The translations under genes and the position numbers were made by a program. Positions 9,746 to 20,083 of a DNA stretch of 64,000 nt are shown in pieces. The stretch lies in NCBI GenBank assembly GCA_963665665.1, contig OY762428.1:4320001-4384000 (forward strand). Direction: 5' to 3'. The DNA is from Candidatus Kapaibacterium sp. Lineage in GTDB: Bacteria > Bacteroidota > Ignavibacteria > Kapaibacteriales > UBA2268. The notes beneath the pieces were generated by a model that made no database searches, was not told the origin of the DNA, and worked only from the letters and a program-made list of their open reading frames with translations. The first letter of the stretch is position 1. Every line of letters begins with the position of its first letter.

Positions 9746-11212
9746 GTGAATGGAGAAATGATGTCGGGTAAAGTCTGTATAATGTGTTTCAGGATATTGA
9801 TAATCTTGTTTTCTTTTGGTTTTGCAAGTGCTGCGGATAATTCAGATATTATAAAATATCTAAACAACTCCGTTAATTTCTCGCCAAGGGTAGTTGCCGG
9901 CGGAGGGAACTCTGATTTAATTAATTCCTATGTTGTTAATGCCGTTCTGGATGTTAATCTTGGAAATGAATATAGTAATGTTACAATCGAAAATCTTTTC
10001 TATCTGAAAACTCCGGCTTCTTTAAGATCATTCGAATCAATCAATGATTTGATAGCTTCTCCGGATTTCATTAAATCAATCGATAAAAATTTTTCATTGA
10101 AATCCGAACCGAATGCTGACATACTACAGAAATTTTTTATGCTGCTGGACGACTTCGGAAGGGGAGAGGGCTACTTCAATAAAGGGGATTGCTGGTATTT
10201 TATACGTAATAAATTTTTCAGCGACATAGAGGCATGGTGCATAAAAGTTGATAATTCCGGCAGGATTGACAGCATTAACTATGTATATTCAATCAGTGAT
10301 GAGATTCCCGGAGAATTGTCCGGCAAAAGCATTATTCCTGATAAAAATTCGAGAAAGTATCTCAGCCCTGAGGACAGCCTTAAGATTAGAACTGAACTTG
10401 TAAAAAAAGCAGATTATAATTTTATTGTTGAAGAAATGAATCTTAACGCTGAAGGTATATCGGAAGAATTTGGATTTTTTAACGGAAGGCTTGATATTAA
10501 GAAAACCTATGAGGGCGGTGGGGGCGGAACTATGAATTTTAATTTTATTCTCCTGACAAGGGGAGATAAATACCATATATTCCAGTCCGGCAAAAGCCTG
10601 CTTTGCGATGATTTATTTGTTGGAGGAGTATTGAATAACATCACTCTGAAAGACGGAAATGATGCCCTTGCTTTTACCGCTGTAATCGACAGCCTGAATC
10701 CTGTAAGCGAGCCTGAAAAAGAGAACTGCCGTGTGTTCAATAAGGATGATATCTGGTTTTTCGTCAGGGAAAAAAGTTTTGACGACCTATATGGCTACAT
10801 GCTGAAAACTGATGCTGATGATAAAATTAAAATTATTGCCTATAATAAATTCAGTGAAGAGAATATTCTGAAATTCAGAATGAAAGACCCTGATTTCAAA
10901 GTGGATTATGCTTTTAAACTTGTTAAGCCTGAAACTAATTCAATAAAATTAAAAAATGGAGAAAGCCTTTCGGTTCAGGTAGATTTCAACTCTGAAGCTG
11001 CAAGTGCTGCCGGTGCATGGATACTTACAAAGTTCGATAATAAGAAAACCGGATTTTACGCCGGAACAAGCATTGAATCGCCATACATGGATGATGTGCC
11101 TGCAGAAGTTCTTACTCCCGGTAAACATATTCTTGAATACCTGCTGATTCCTTCCGGATCGGATACTTCGAATCCTATTGCAGGTGTAAAGATTGATATT
11201 GAAGTGAAGTGA
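9746..11212 (+). CDS. Secreted hypothetical protein with an internally duplicated module
   Basis: 488-aa ORF with a signal-peptide-like N-terminus (true start probably a later Met). FNKGDCWYFIRNKFFSD and FNKDDIWFFVREKSFDD are related repeats. TAATTTTG box upstream. Confidence 0.75.
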   Translation: MNGEMMSGKVCIMCFRILIILFSFGFASAADNSDIIKYLNNSVNFSPRVVAGGGNSDLINSYVVNAVLDVNLGNEYSNVTIENLFYLKTPASLRSFESINDLIASPDFIKSIDKNFSLKSEPNADILQKFFMLLDDFGRGEGYFNKGDCWYFIRNKFFSDIEAWCIKVDNSGRIDSINYVYSISDEIPGELSGKSIIPDKNSRKYLSPEDSLKIRTELVKKADYNFIVEEMNLNAEGISEEFGFFNGRLDIKKTYEGGGGGTMNFNFILLTRGDKYHIFQSGKSLLCDDLFVGGVLNNITLKDGNDALAFTAVIDSLNPVSEPEKENCRVFNKDDIWFFVREKSFDDLYGYMLKTDADDKIKIIAYNKFSEENILKFRMKDPDFKVDYAFKLVKPETNSIKLKNGESLSVQVDFNSEAASAAGAWILTKFDNKKTGFYAGTSIESPYMDDVPAEVLTPGKHILEYLLIPSGSDTSNPIAGVKIDIEVK

Positions 11213-11598
11213 TTTTAAAAATATTATACTCGCTACAGCTTGACGATGGCGGAGAATATTGAATGCCAAAGATGTGGCAGCCCTGCTAAGAAAAATTATT
11301 CAAAATATATAATGTAGATATATATTTGATAAATAAAGGATGCCACATCACTTCTCCAAAATCTTGTTGTAAATCACTTAGGTTGCTTTTTTTCTTTCAT
11401 AGCAAACAAATTTCTGTTGCTTAGTATTGATATTTCATCTATTGTTCTGAATCAGCTGAGAAATTATTGTAAAAAAGATTACTTGCAAATCGAAATTCCG
11501 GCATATTTTGCAATTCCGCTATTCCTCATAATGCATTATTTAAATCTATAAATGTATCTTTTTCCCGGAAAGAGTGAAATAACGGCTTAAAAGATAAT

Positions 11599-11864
11599 TC
11601 GGGAAGCACAAACCAATGCTCAGGAAGCACAAACCAACGCTCGGGAAGCACAAACCAACGCTCAGATGGCACAAACCAACGCTCGGGAAGCACAAACCAA
11701 CGCTCGGGAAGCACAAACCAATGCTCGGGAAGCACAAACCAACGCTCAGATGACACAAACCAACGCTCGGGAAGCACAAACCAATGCTCGGGAAGCACAA
11801 ACCAATGCTCGGGAAGCACAAACCAATGCTCGGGAAGCACAAACCAACGCTCAGATGACACGAA
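11599..11864. repeat. 21-bp tandem repeat array 1 (12 full units plus 1 partial)
   Basis: Consensus TCGGGAAGCACAAACCAAYGC, with variant TCAGATGRCAC.. at units 4, 8 and 13. Confidence 0.97.
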
Positions 11865-12067
11865 ATATTGGCATTAAAAAAAATCATACCAGTCCTGAAT
11901 GATAAAGAATATCATAAAAGCTCTACAGGATGGGCTTACTGCAAAGCCCATCCCTTCGGGGAGGCTCGGCCACTTACGATGGTTGGGAAGGGGTTGGAAA
12001 CTGAATTGGAATAATCAAAAATTGTGACATAAAAAAAATTAAGTGGATTGAAGATATCCTGAAAATT

Positions 12068-12100
12068 AAAAAGGCCCCCCTGAATTATCGGGAGGCCTTG
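12068..12100 (-). terminator. Intrinsic terminator of the sdh operon
   Basis: AAGGCCTCCC/GGGGGGCCTT stem followed by TTTTT on the minus strand, about 20 nt after sdhB. Confidence 0.7.
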
Positions 12101-12120
12101 ATTTTTATATAGCAATAACT

Positions 12121-12879
12121 TTATTGTTCAACATCATCTAACGAGAACATCGCCCTCATGTATTCTTTATTCATAAGAGATATGAAATTGACAGAAATTG
12201 ATTTCGGGCATGCAGCCTCGCACTCGTAGAAGTTTGTGCAGGCACCGAAACCTTCTTTTTCCATCTGAGCAATCATTGCTTTGGCTCTTTTCTTGCGTTC
12301 TGCTTTGCCCTGGGGCAGCAATGCAAGCTGGCCTATCTTGGCAGAAGTAAACAACATCGCAGCCCCGTTCGGACATGAAGCCACGCAGGCTCCGCAGCCG
12401 ATACAGGCAGCCGCGTCCATTGCCTTGTCGGCATTTGCCTTCGAGATCGGAATTGCATTCGCATCCTGAGGGGATCCGGTATTAACAGATACAAAGCCCC
12501 CGGCCTGGATAATACGGTCGAAAGCGCTGCGGTCTGTTATCAGGTCTTTTATTACCGGGAAAGCTTTCGATCTGAAAGGTTCCACGTATATTGTTTCGCC
12601 GTCTTTGAACTTCCTCATGTGAAGCTGACAGGTAGTTGTGGACCTTTCCGGCCCGTGTGGCGTTCCGTTGATCGTAAGGGAACAGGCGCCGCAAATACCT
12701 TCTCGGCAGTCGTGGTCGAATGCCACAGGTTCTTTGTTTTCTTTTATGAGTTTTTCATTCAGGATGTCCAGCATTTCCAGGAAGGACATATCCTCGCTGA
12801 CATCATCGAGTTTATAATTTTCGAAATGTCCTTTGTCTTTAGGCCCTTTTTGCCTCCAAACATACAGATTTATTTTCAT
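12121..12879 (-). CDS. sdhB: Succinate dehydrogenase/fumarate reductase iron-sulfur subunit
   Basis: CREGICGAC...C [2Fe-2S], CIGCGACVASCP and CTNFYECEAACP; TAATG overlap with sdhA. Confidence 0.96.
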   Translation of the reverse strand: MKINLYVWRQKGPKDKGHFENYKLDDVSEDMSFLEMLDILNEKLIKENKEPVAFDHDCREGICGACSLTINGTPHGPERSTTTCQLHMRKFKDGETIYVEPFRSKAFPVIKDLITDRSAFDRIIQAGGFVSVNTGSPQDANAIPISKANADKAMDAAACIGCGACVASCPNGAAMLFTSAKIGQLALLPQGKAERKKRAKAMIAQMEKEGFGACTNFYECEAACPKSISVNFISLMNKEYMRAMFSLDDVEQ

Positions 12880-14792
12880 TATTTGTAACTCCTCACCGCA
12901 AGTTTAACATTTTCAAATTCAAGCGGTTCAATATGCCTTTCCGGTTTAACTCCGACGCCTTTGTATTCCCACGCTGCAACGTGCGAGAAGTCTTCGTCGT
13001 TTCTTTCAGCTTCGCCTTCCTCGGTCTGGTATTCCTCACGGAAGTGGGCGCCACAGGATTCTCTTCTTTCCAGGGCATCCCAGGCCATAACTTCGGCAAA
13101 TTCCAGGAAGTCGGCAACTCTTGATGCTTTTTCCAGTCCAACGTTAAGGTCTTTGGATTCGCCGGTAACATTAACGTTTTTCCAGAATTCCTCGCGGATC
13201 TTAGGTATTTCATCCAGAACTTTCTTCAAGCCTGCTTCGTTCCTGCCCATACCAACGTTATCCCACATAACGGCTCCAAGCTCGCGGTGGAATTCCGACG
13301 GAGTTCTTTTACCGTTGATGGACAGAAGCTGGTTAAGTTTGTCTTCAACTTCCTTTTCGGCTTTCTTGAATTCCGGATGATTCTCATCAACTTTGTCAAG
13401 TCCGCCCTGAGCAAGGTAATGTCCGATAGTGTATGGAATAACGAAGTAACCGTCTGCAAGGCCCTGCATCAGTGCGCTGGCACCGAGCCTGTTGGCTCCA
13501 TGGTCAGAGAAGTTGGCTTCTCCGAGAACATGCAGTCCGGGTATTGTTGACATCAGGTTATAATCAACCCAAAGGCCGCCCATTGTATAGTGGGATGCCG
13601 GGTATATTTGCATCGGTGTTGTATATGGATCATCGCCGGTGATTCTTTCGTACATTTCAAACAGGTTGCCGTAGCGCTCTTCAATCGTGCTCTTGCCAAG
13701 CCTGTTAATTGCATCTGCAAAGTCCAGATATACTCCATATCCTGTTGCGCTTACGCCGCGGCCGTCGTCACATACTTCCTTGGCTGAACGGGATGAAATA
13801 TCCCTTGGTGAAAGGTTACCGAAGCTTGGGTATTTTCTTTCCAGATAATAATCTCTTTCATTTTCAGGAATCTGGTTTGGCGGCCTTTTGTCTCCCTGGT
13901 TCTTAGGAACCCAGATACGGCCGTCGTTACGGAGAGATTCCGACATAAGAGTCAGTTTGGACTGATGATCACCGCTAACCGGGATACATGTAGGGTGAAT
14001 CTGTGTATAGCACGGGTTTGCAAATGCAGCGCCTTTTTTATATGCTCTGTAAGCTGCTGTTACATTACAAGCTTGGGCATTAGTTGACAGGAAGAATACG
14101 TTGCCGTAACCACCCGTTGCCAGGCAAACAGCGTCGCCCCAGTGGGATTCCAGTTTGCCGGTAACAAGGTCGCGTGTAACGATCCCGCGTGCTTTGCCGT
14201 CGATAATAACAACGTCCATCATTTCTTTACGTGTGTGCATTTTTACTTTGCCGGCTCCTACTTGTCTTGAAAGTGCAGAGTATGCTCCAAGCAGAAGCTG
14301 CTGGCCCGTTTGGCCGCGAGCGTAAAATGTACGGGAAACCTGAGCGCCTCCGAATGAGCGGTTGGCAAGTGTTCCGCCGTATTCACGGGCAAAAGGAACA
14401 CCCTGAGCCACACACTGGTCAATAATATTATTGGATACCTGAGCGAGGCGGTAAACGTTGGCTTCGCGTGAACGGAAGTCACCGCCCTTTACGGTATCGT
14501 AAAAAAGCCGCCAGATGCTATCGCCGTCATTTTGATAATTTTTGGCAGCATTTATACCGCCCTGTGCGGCTATAGAGTGTGCACGGCGGGCACTGTCGTT
14601 GTAAGTAAATGCTTCCACATTGTATCCAAGCTCTGCAAATGAAGCCGCTGCTGCGCCTCCGGCAAGCCCGGTTCCAACAACAAGTATCTTATATTTTCTT
14701 TTGTTCGCGGGGTTGATCAGTTTCATATCGAAACGATGGTTGTCCCATTTATTTTGAATCGGCCCCGAAGGAATTTTTGAATCTAATTTCAC
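12879..14792 (-). CDS. sdhA: Succinate dehydrogenase/fumarate reductase flavoprotein subunit
   Basis: [18 protein letters not shown] (covalent-FAD His), HYTMGG, HGANRLG, RESCGAH. GTG start at 14792 overlaps the sdhC TGA, with GGAGG upstream. Confidence 0.96.
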   Translation of the reverse strand: MKLDSKIPSGPIQNKWDNHRFDMKLINPANKRKYKILVVGTGLAGGAAAASFAELGYNVEAFTYNDSARRAHSIAAQGGINAAKNYQNDGDSIWRLFYDTVKGGDFRSREANVYRLAQVSNNIIDQCVAQGVPFAREYGGTLANRSFGGAQVSRTFYARGQTGQQLLLGAYSALSRQVGAGKVKMHTRKEMMDVVIIDGKARGIVTRDLVTGKLESHWGDAVCLATGGYGNVFFLSTNAQACNVTAAYRAYKKGAAFANPCYTQIHPTCIPVSGDHQSKLTLMSESLRNDGRIWVPKNQGDKRPPNQIPENERDYYLERKYPSFGNLSPRDISSRSAKEVCDDGRGVSATGYGVYLDFADAINRLGKSTIEERYGNLFEMYERITGDDPYTTPMQIYPASHYTMGGLWVDYNLMSTIPGLHVLGEANFSDHGANRLGASALMQGLADGYFVIPYTIGHYLAQGGLDKVDENHPEFKKAEKEVEDKLNQLLSINGKRTPSEFHRELGAVMWDNVGMGRNEAGLKKVLDEIPKIREEFWKNVNVTGESKDLNVGLEKASRVADFLEFAEVMAWDALERRESCGAHFREEYQTEEGEAERNDEDFSHVAAWEYKGVGVKPERHIEPLEFENVKLAVRSYK

Positions 14793-15568
14793 AGGCAACC
14801 TCCTACCAATCCGAGTAGAATCGTGATTGGTATTGATATTAACAACACGACAATAATAAAGGACAATGCGTTACTTAACCTTATCATCCAGGGCGTGAAT
14901 TTCGGCCCGTGGATTCCAAGAGTCTGGAAGCATGATTGAATGGCATGGCTCAGGTGGAAACCAAGCAGGACGACACCGATGATGTAAAGTATCGAAGAGA
15001 TAGGATCCTGGAATCCTTTTATAACCATGTAGTATGCATTATGTCTTTCCAGCAATACCTTGCCGTCTTCAACATGTTTGTATTTTGCATCCATGAATTC
15101 AATATCACCTTCGGCTTCAGCCTGGTAGTATTCGATATTGGATTCATAATATTCCTCATGCCCGTAGTTTTCGGGATGTATTGTTCCCGTAGTAAAGTGA
15201 AGAAGATGGTACACGAGGAAAGCAAAAATCATCAAACCGGTCCAGATCATAGTCCTGGCAGTTAGTTTTGCCCTTACATATTTTTTGATCTTATATTTTA
15301 CCGGTTTCGCGCCGCTATTCAATGCGAATAGCCTTATGGCGGTAATCACGTGCAGAACAAGGGAAAGGAAAAGAACTATCCTGATTATCCAGAGTAACTC
15401 GCCGAGCCCCTGGAGGAAGTGAGCATAGTGATTGAATGTTTCACTTCCAAGATAGATCTGTAAATTTCCAACGGTATGGCCTATAATGAAAAGTACCAGT
15501 AAAACACCGGTTGAAGCCATAACTACCTTGCTCAGTATGGTAGATTTTAGGAAATTAAGAAGTCCCAT
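14789..15568 (-). CDS. sdhC: Succinate dehydrogenase cytochrome b558 subunit
   Basis: Five TM segments with His ligands (GHTVGNL, LHV, YHLLHF, FHLSH); first gene of the operon. Confidence 0.92.
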   Translation of the reverse strand: MGLLNFLKSTILSKVVMASTGVLLVLFIIGHTVGNLQIYLGSETFNHYAHFLQGLGELLWIIRIVLFLSLVLHVITAIRLFALNSGAKPVKYKIKKYVRAKLTARTMIWTGLMIFAFLVYHLLHFTTGTIHPENYGHEEYYESNIEYYQAEAEGDIEFMDAKYKHVEDGKVLLERHNAYYMVIKGFQDPISSILYIIGVVLLGFHLSHAIQSCFQTLGIHGPKFTPWMIRLSNALSFIIVVLLISIPITILLGLVGGCL

Positions 15569-15900
15569 AACACCTTTTGTGGATAATTAATAAATAATTA
15601 ACTTTTGTCAAATTACTTACTTTCCGGGCCTTTTTTCGATACAGGATAATATTAAAGTGTAATTATTTCTTTTTAAGGAAATCAATGTTCAAATTATACT
15701 TTTCTTCTTGATACCATCCTGTAAATTAGTCTTACGTATGTTCAATTCCCCATACAGGTATATCTTCTATAAATTACAAAAAAGAAATTAAATTTTCAAG
15801 TAGATAGAATGCAGGTTTCGATTTGTTTTTGTTTTTAATTTTCGTATATAGTATCTTTTTTCATTTTAATAATTGAATAAAACCCTCGGAGCGGACATAA

Positions 15901-17472
15901 ATGGCACATAGAGAACAATGGGGAAGCAGAATAGGACTGATATTGGCAATGGCCGGCAATGCTGTCGGGCTTGGAAATTTCCTGAGATTTCCTGTTCAGG
16001 CTGCACAAAATGGCGGAGGTACTTTCATGATACCATATTTTGTGGCATTCCTTCTGCTTGCTATACCGCTAATGTGGGTGGAATGGACAATTGGACGACA
16101 TGGCGGAAAATACGGGCACGGTTCCCTTCCCGGAATGTTCCACGTACTCTGGAAGCATCCGGCAGCCAAATTTGTTGGTATGGTGGGGCTTTTTACCTCA
16201 ACGATTATTATGATTTACTATGCATATATTGAATCATGGACCCTTGGTTTTAGCTTTTTTTCAATTACTCAGGAATATTTCGGCTTTTCAGATTTTGTAT
16301 CTATGAGTGCTTTTGTGGATAGTTATCAAGGCGCCGGCGAAGGACATTTTTCCGGAATAGGCACATCTTACATATTTTTGCTAATTACTCTTGGTATGAA
16401 TTTCTTTATTCTTTACAAAGGGATTGCAAAGGGTATTGAATACTTCGCTAAAATTGCAATGCCCTTATTATTGCTTTTCGGTGTTTTTCTGGCTATCTGG
16501 GCATTTACAATTGGAACGCCCGATCCGGTGAATCATCCTGACTGGAGTGTAGGTCGGGGGTTCGCATTCCTCTGGAATCCAAATTTCGGAGAGCTTTCCA
16601 ATGCCTCGGTATGGCTTGCTGCTGCCGGCCAGGTATTTTTTACTCTGTCGGTTGGTATGGGTACTCTACAGGCTTATGCAAGTTATCTTGACAGCAAAGC
16701 AGATATTGCTCTTAGCGGATTATCCACGGCATCCCTGAATGAATTTGCAGAAGTAATTATTGGTGCTTCGATAGCAATTCCAATCGCTGTTGCATTTTTC
16801 GGGCTTGATGCCACAAAAGAAATAGCCAATGCAGGTTCCTACGATCTTGGTTTTGTTTCAATGCCGGTAATCTTTCAGAAGATTCCGGGTTTGGGTGCCT
16901 ATCTCGGGTTCCTCTGGTTTTTCCTCTTGTTTTTCGCAGGAATAACCTCATCTGTAGCTATGGCGCAGCCGATAATTTCCTTCCTGAAAGAACAATTTGA
17001 CTTTTCTCACAAGAAAGCAACTATCACCGTTGGCCTGATCGTATTTATATTTGTTCAATTTGTAGTGATATTTTTCGAAGGCGGTTTCCTATGGGAACTT
17101 GACTACTGGGCCGGAACTTTCGGGCTTGTTATTGTAGCCCTTATCGAAACAATTGTACTGGCATGGTTGTTCGGTATGGACAAAGCATGGGAAGAACTGA
17201 ATCGAGGGGCTGATATCCGTATACCTAAAATTTTCTATTTCATTATTAAATACGTTACTCCTGTCTACCTTTTCATAATATTAATTTACTGGTCTGCAAC
17301 CGAAGCCTGGGATCAGTTAATGCTGAAAGGAATTCCAGCCGATGAAGTTCCCTACAGGTGGGGGGCACGTGCCATGCTGATAGTTTTTGGGGTCGGGCTG
17401 CTGATTATGATCTACAAAGCATGGAAGCGTAATGGCGATAAATTTATATCAGATAAAAAAATAAAAGATTAA
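15901..17472 (+). CDS. Sodium-dependent transporter, NSS/SNF family
   Basis: REQW.SR.G.IL..AG.AVGLGNFLRFP, NGGG.F.IPY, GQVFFTLS. Confidence 0.95.
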   Translation: MAHREQWGSRIGLILAMAGNAVGLGNFLRFPVQAAQNGGGTFMIPYFVAFLLLAIPLMWVEWTIGRHGGKYGHGSLPGMFHVLWKHPAAKFVGMVGLFTSTIIMIYYAYIESWTLGFSFFSITQEYFGFSDFVSMSAFVDSYQGAGEGHFSGIGTSYIFLLITLGMNFFILYKGIAKGIEYFAKIAMPLLLLFGVFLAIWAFTIGTPDPVNHPDWSVGRGFAFLWNPNFGELSNASVWLAAAGQVFFTLSVGMGTLQAYASYLDSKADIALSGLSTASLNEFAEVIIGASIAIPIAVAFFGLDATKEIANAGSYDLGFVSMPVIFQKIPGLGAYLGFLWFFLLFFAGITSSVAMAQPIISFLKEQFDFSHKKATITVGLIVFIFVQFVVIFFEGGFLWELDYWAGTFGLVIVALIETIVLAWLFGMDKAWEELNRGADIRIPKIFYFIIKYVTPVYLFIILIYWSATEAWDQLMLKGIPADEVPYRWGARAMLIVFGVGLLIMIYKAWKRNGDKFISDKKIKD

Positions 17473-17497
17473 TCGGGGAATGATTACTATGGAATAC

Positions 17498-17608
17498 ATG
17501 ACAACCGAAGGAATTATTTTTCTCTCCGTTTGCTGGGCTGCTGTCAGCTTTTTGGTGATTTTTTGCCTTGTAAAAGTAATGAAATCCGGAGGAGATAAAA
17601 TAAAATAA
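17498..17608 (+). CDS. Small single-TM protein, MetS-like NSS accessory subunit (36 aa)
   Basis: MTTEGIIFLSVCWAAVSFLVIFCLVKVMKSGGDKIK, starting 26 nt after the NSS stop; in-frame upstream ATGs at 17480 and 17489; below the ORF-track length cutoff. Confidence 0.7.
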   Translation: MTTEGIIFLSVCWAAVSFLVIFCLVKVMKSGGDKIK

Positions 17609-17829
17609 TTATGCCCTGAAATTAATTAAAATATGTTTTATGCTACTGCGTACATTCTAACAGTTGCGAATATTAGCCATTTTTGTTATCTTGTTAATAT
17701 TGATTTTTGAATTTATGAATATTTAAATAATATTATTGTAAGTGCTTGAATTTTAATAAGGAAATATAATTGCAGGCTGTATGGAAAAAATGATACCGGT
17801 TTTTTGAAGAATATTAGAGAAGTTTTTAT

Positions 17830-20058
17830 ATGTACAAGAATAAAATTAGGGTTATTACTCTTGTTCTGATTGCAGTTACCGGTGTATTTATAACCGCCTG
17901 CCAGCATTGGGATAACTTTACAACTTATTTCAACACTTATTACAATATGGAACGCCTGATGGGCGAGTGTGAGAATGAGTTTGAATTTGTTGAAGAGAAG
18001 AAACGCGTAACACCAAGAATATTAGTTCCCGAACCTGTTATTTACGTGCCTGCTGTTAGTAAGATAGGCCCTCCGGACTTCATGAAGGATCTTATTATCA
18101 GGCAGCAACAAAGGCAACCGGTTGATATAAAACTGGATTCAATTCTTATTAAGGGTTCGAAGGTTATTGCCAAGCACCCCAAAAGTGATTATATTCAGGG
18201 AACACTTTTCCTTATGGCAAAAACTTATTTTTATAAAAATGAATGGCTTCCTTCCCAGATAAAATGCAGCGAACTGATAGATAAATTTCCTGATGGTGAT
18301 TTTTCACCTGATGCACATTTGCTTATGGCAAAGAATTATCTGATCCAGAGGAAATTCGTTGTTGGAAAAACCATTCTTTCCAGAACAGTAGATATTGCAT
18401 GGCAAAAGAAAAGATATGATATTTTGTCAGATGCTTTCAGGCTGGAAGCAGAACTGGCTCTTTTCCTGAATGAAAAAGAAGATGCCCTGCGTCCGTACAG
18501 GCAGGCAATTGCCCAGACCGATGATCAGCTTATGAAAGCCAAATGGCAGGTTGAACTTGCCTCGCTTATGTTTCGAATGTCAATGTTCGAAAGGGCAGAA
18601 AGAGCTTTTCGGAAGGTTCATAATTATTCACCTGATTACCTTGCTGAATATGAAGCCTATCTTTACCAGGCATCCTGTCTGGACCGTCTTGGCCGCTTTA
18701 ACGAAGCCGCAGAACTTCTTGAAGAACTTGAAGACGACGGAAAATGGGAAGAATGGATGGGAAATACTTTTGCCGAAAGGATCAATAGCGTCAGGATGAA
18801 ACTGATCCTGAAGGACAGCCTTAAACTGGCTGATGTTAAACGTCAGGATCTTGACAATGCAGAAAAATTTGCTGATTCCGCATATATTGGTAACGGGGCT
18901 ATCACTTCGGCATATTTTGAAATTGGAATGGATTATTTCGGAGAGAAAGATTACCTTAACTCAAGAACCTATTTTGCCAGGGCCAAATCCGTTAAATCCC
19001 CGATTTACAGAACTGCTGAAAAATTGTATCACCTGCTTAATCTCTGGGATTCAAAAAAGAATTTTGTAATTCCCAACCTTATGAAATATTATAACGGAAA
19101 ATCAATTTCAGATTCTTCAGCTTCACTTCTTGCTATGAATTGCTTCGAATTCGGACGTGCTCACGAGCAGCTTGGTAATCCCGATTCGGCATTGGTCTTT
19201 TATAAGATTGCCGCCGAAGTTACACCCAGGCGTGAAGATGAGTCCGCAAGATACTTATATTCCTGGGCAAGGATGGTAAGGGATTCAAACTATTACCAGG
19301 CTGATTCAATCCTGGATGTTGTGGTAAATGATTATCCATTTACCGATTTTGGAAAAGATGCTGCTTCAAGGCTTGGATATACAAATGAATTTGTTGTTGA
19401 TACAGTCAGGGAATTATATTTTTCCGGGGACAGGCTTAGAAAGTTCGGCGATCATAAATTTGCTCTGACTCAATTTAAAAAATTATTTAACACATATCCG
19501 GAATCTGAATATGCTCCAAAGGCATTGTATTCTACCGGCTGGATATGGGAACGGGAATATTTCCCGGCCGATACAACCATAGTAACAGCCGACAGTGCCC
19601 TTTATTATTATCAAATGTTGATTGAGCGATACCCTGCTTCGGAATATGCAGAGGATGTCAGGATAGCTGTTAATTACCTGCTTGCCCTTAGAAGCGGGGA
19701 ACCAATTCCGGACTCATTGAAAGTAAAACAGGTTGTAAGGCAAAAACCGGTTAAAAAGAAATTTGACATATCAGATCAACAGAAAATTAACGATATAAAA
19801 AATAATAAGGTTAAGAAAAGCCCTTCCATACTTGATCAGCCCAAAGGATTGCTGAACGGAATGAAAAATCTGATAAGTAATCCATCCGAGGCGGTAGAAA
19901 AGAGCGATCTGGAGAATAGTTTAAAACTTCCGGATATGCCGGAAAACCCTTTGAATATTTTTAAGTCTGATGATGAAGAAAAAAAGAAATCAGATGATAA
20001 ATCAAAGGAAAAGAAAGAGAATGAACAAACAGTGCCGGACAGCACTAAAAAGAAATAG
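17830..20058 (+). CDS. TPR lipoprotein, SprE/PorW-like (T9SS-associated)
   Basis: Lipobox ITAC followed by WDNFTTYFNTYYN and LDSILIKGSKVIAKHP, then multiple TPR/BamD-like repeats (YPESEYAPKALY). SprE similarity is from recall. Confidence 0.7.
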   Translation: MYKNKIRVITLVLIAVTGVFITACQHWDNFTTYFNTYYNMERLMGECENEFEFVEEKKRVTPRILVPEPVIYVPAVSKIGPPDFMKDLIIRQQQRQPVDIKLDSILIKGSKVIAKHPKSDYIQGTLFLMAKTYFYKNEWLPSQIKCSELIDKFPDGDFSPDAHLLMAKNYLIQRKFVVGKTILSRTVDIAWQKKRYDILSDAFRLEAELALFLNEKEDALRPYRQAIAQTDDQLMKAKWQVELASLMFRMSMFERAERAFRKVHNYSPDYLAEYEAYLYQASCLDRLGRFNEAAELLEELEDDGKWEEWMGNTFAERINSVRMKLILKDSLKLADVKRQDLDNAEKFADSAYIGNGAITSAYFEIGMDYFGEKDYLNSRTYFARAKSVKSPIYRTAEKLYHLLNLWDSKKNFVIPNLMKYYNGKSISDSSASLLAMNCFEFGRAHEQLGNPDSALVFYKIAAEVTPRREDESARYLYSWARMVRDSNYYQADSILDVVVNDYPFTDFGKDAASRLGYTNEFVVDTVRELYFSGDRLRKFGDHKFALTQFKKLFNTYPESEYAPKALYSTGWIWEREYFPADTTIVTADSALYYYQMLIERYPASEYAEDVRIAVNYLLALRSGEPIPDSLKVKQVVRQKPVKKKFDISDQQKINDIKNNKVKKSPSILDQPKGLLNGMKNLISNPSEAVEKSDLENSLKLPDMPENPLNIFKSDDEEKKKSDDKSKEKKENEQTVPDSTKKK

Positions 20059-20083
20059 TATTTAATTAATTGCAGGCTTATTA

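Noticed and set aside
11599-11864. CRISPR array (also considered for 37721-38240)
   Set aside because: The period is only 21 bp, with no unique spacers and no cas genes; these are tandem repeats.
11526-11902. ORFs WFVLPEH, CFPSIGL and AREAQTN across array 1
   Set aside because: Stop-free frames are expected from a 21-bp repeat; no convincing start or RBS; several overlapping frames are equally open.
14789-15568. Acidic insertion in an SdhC loop
   Set aside because: Loop length varies in this subunit family, and the heme ligands and operon look normal.
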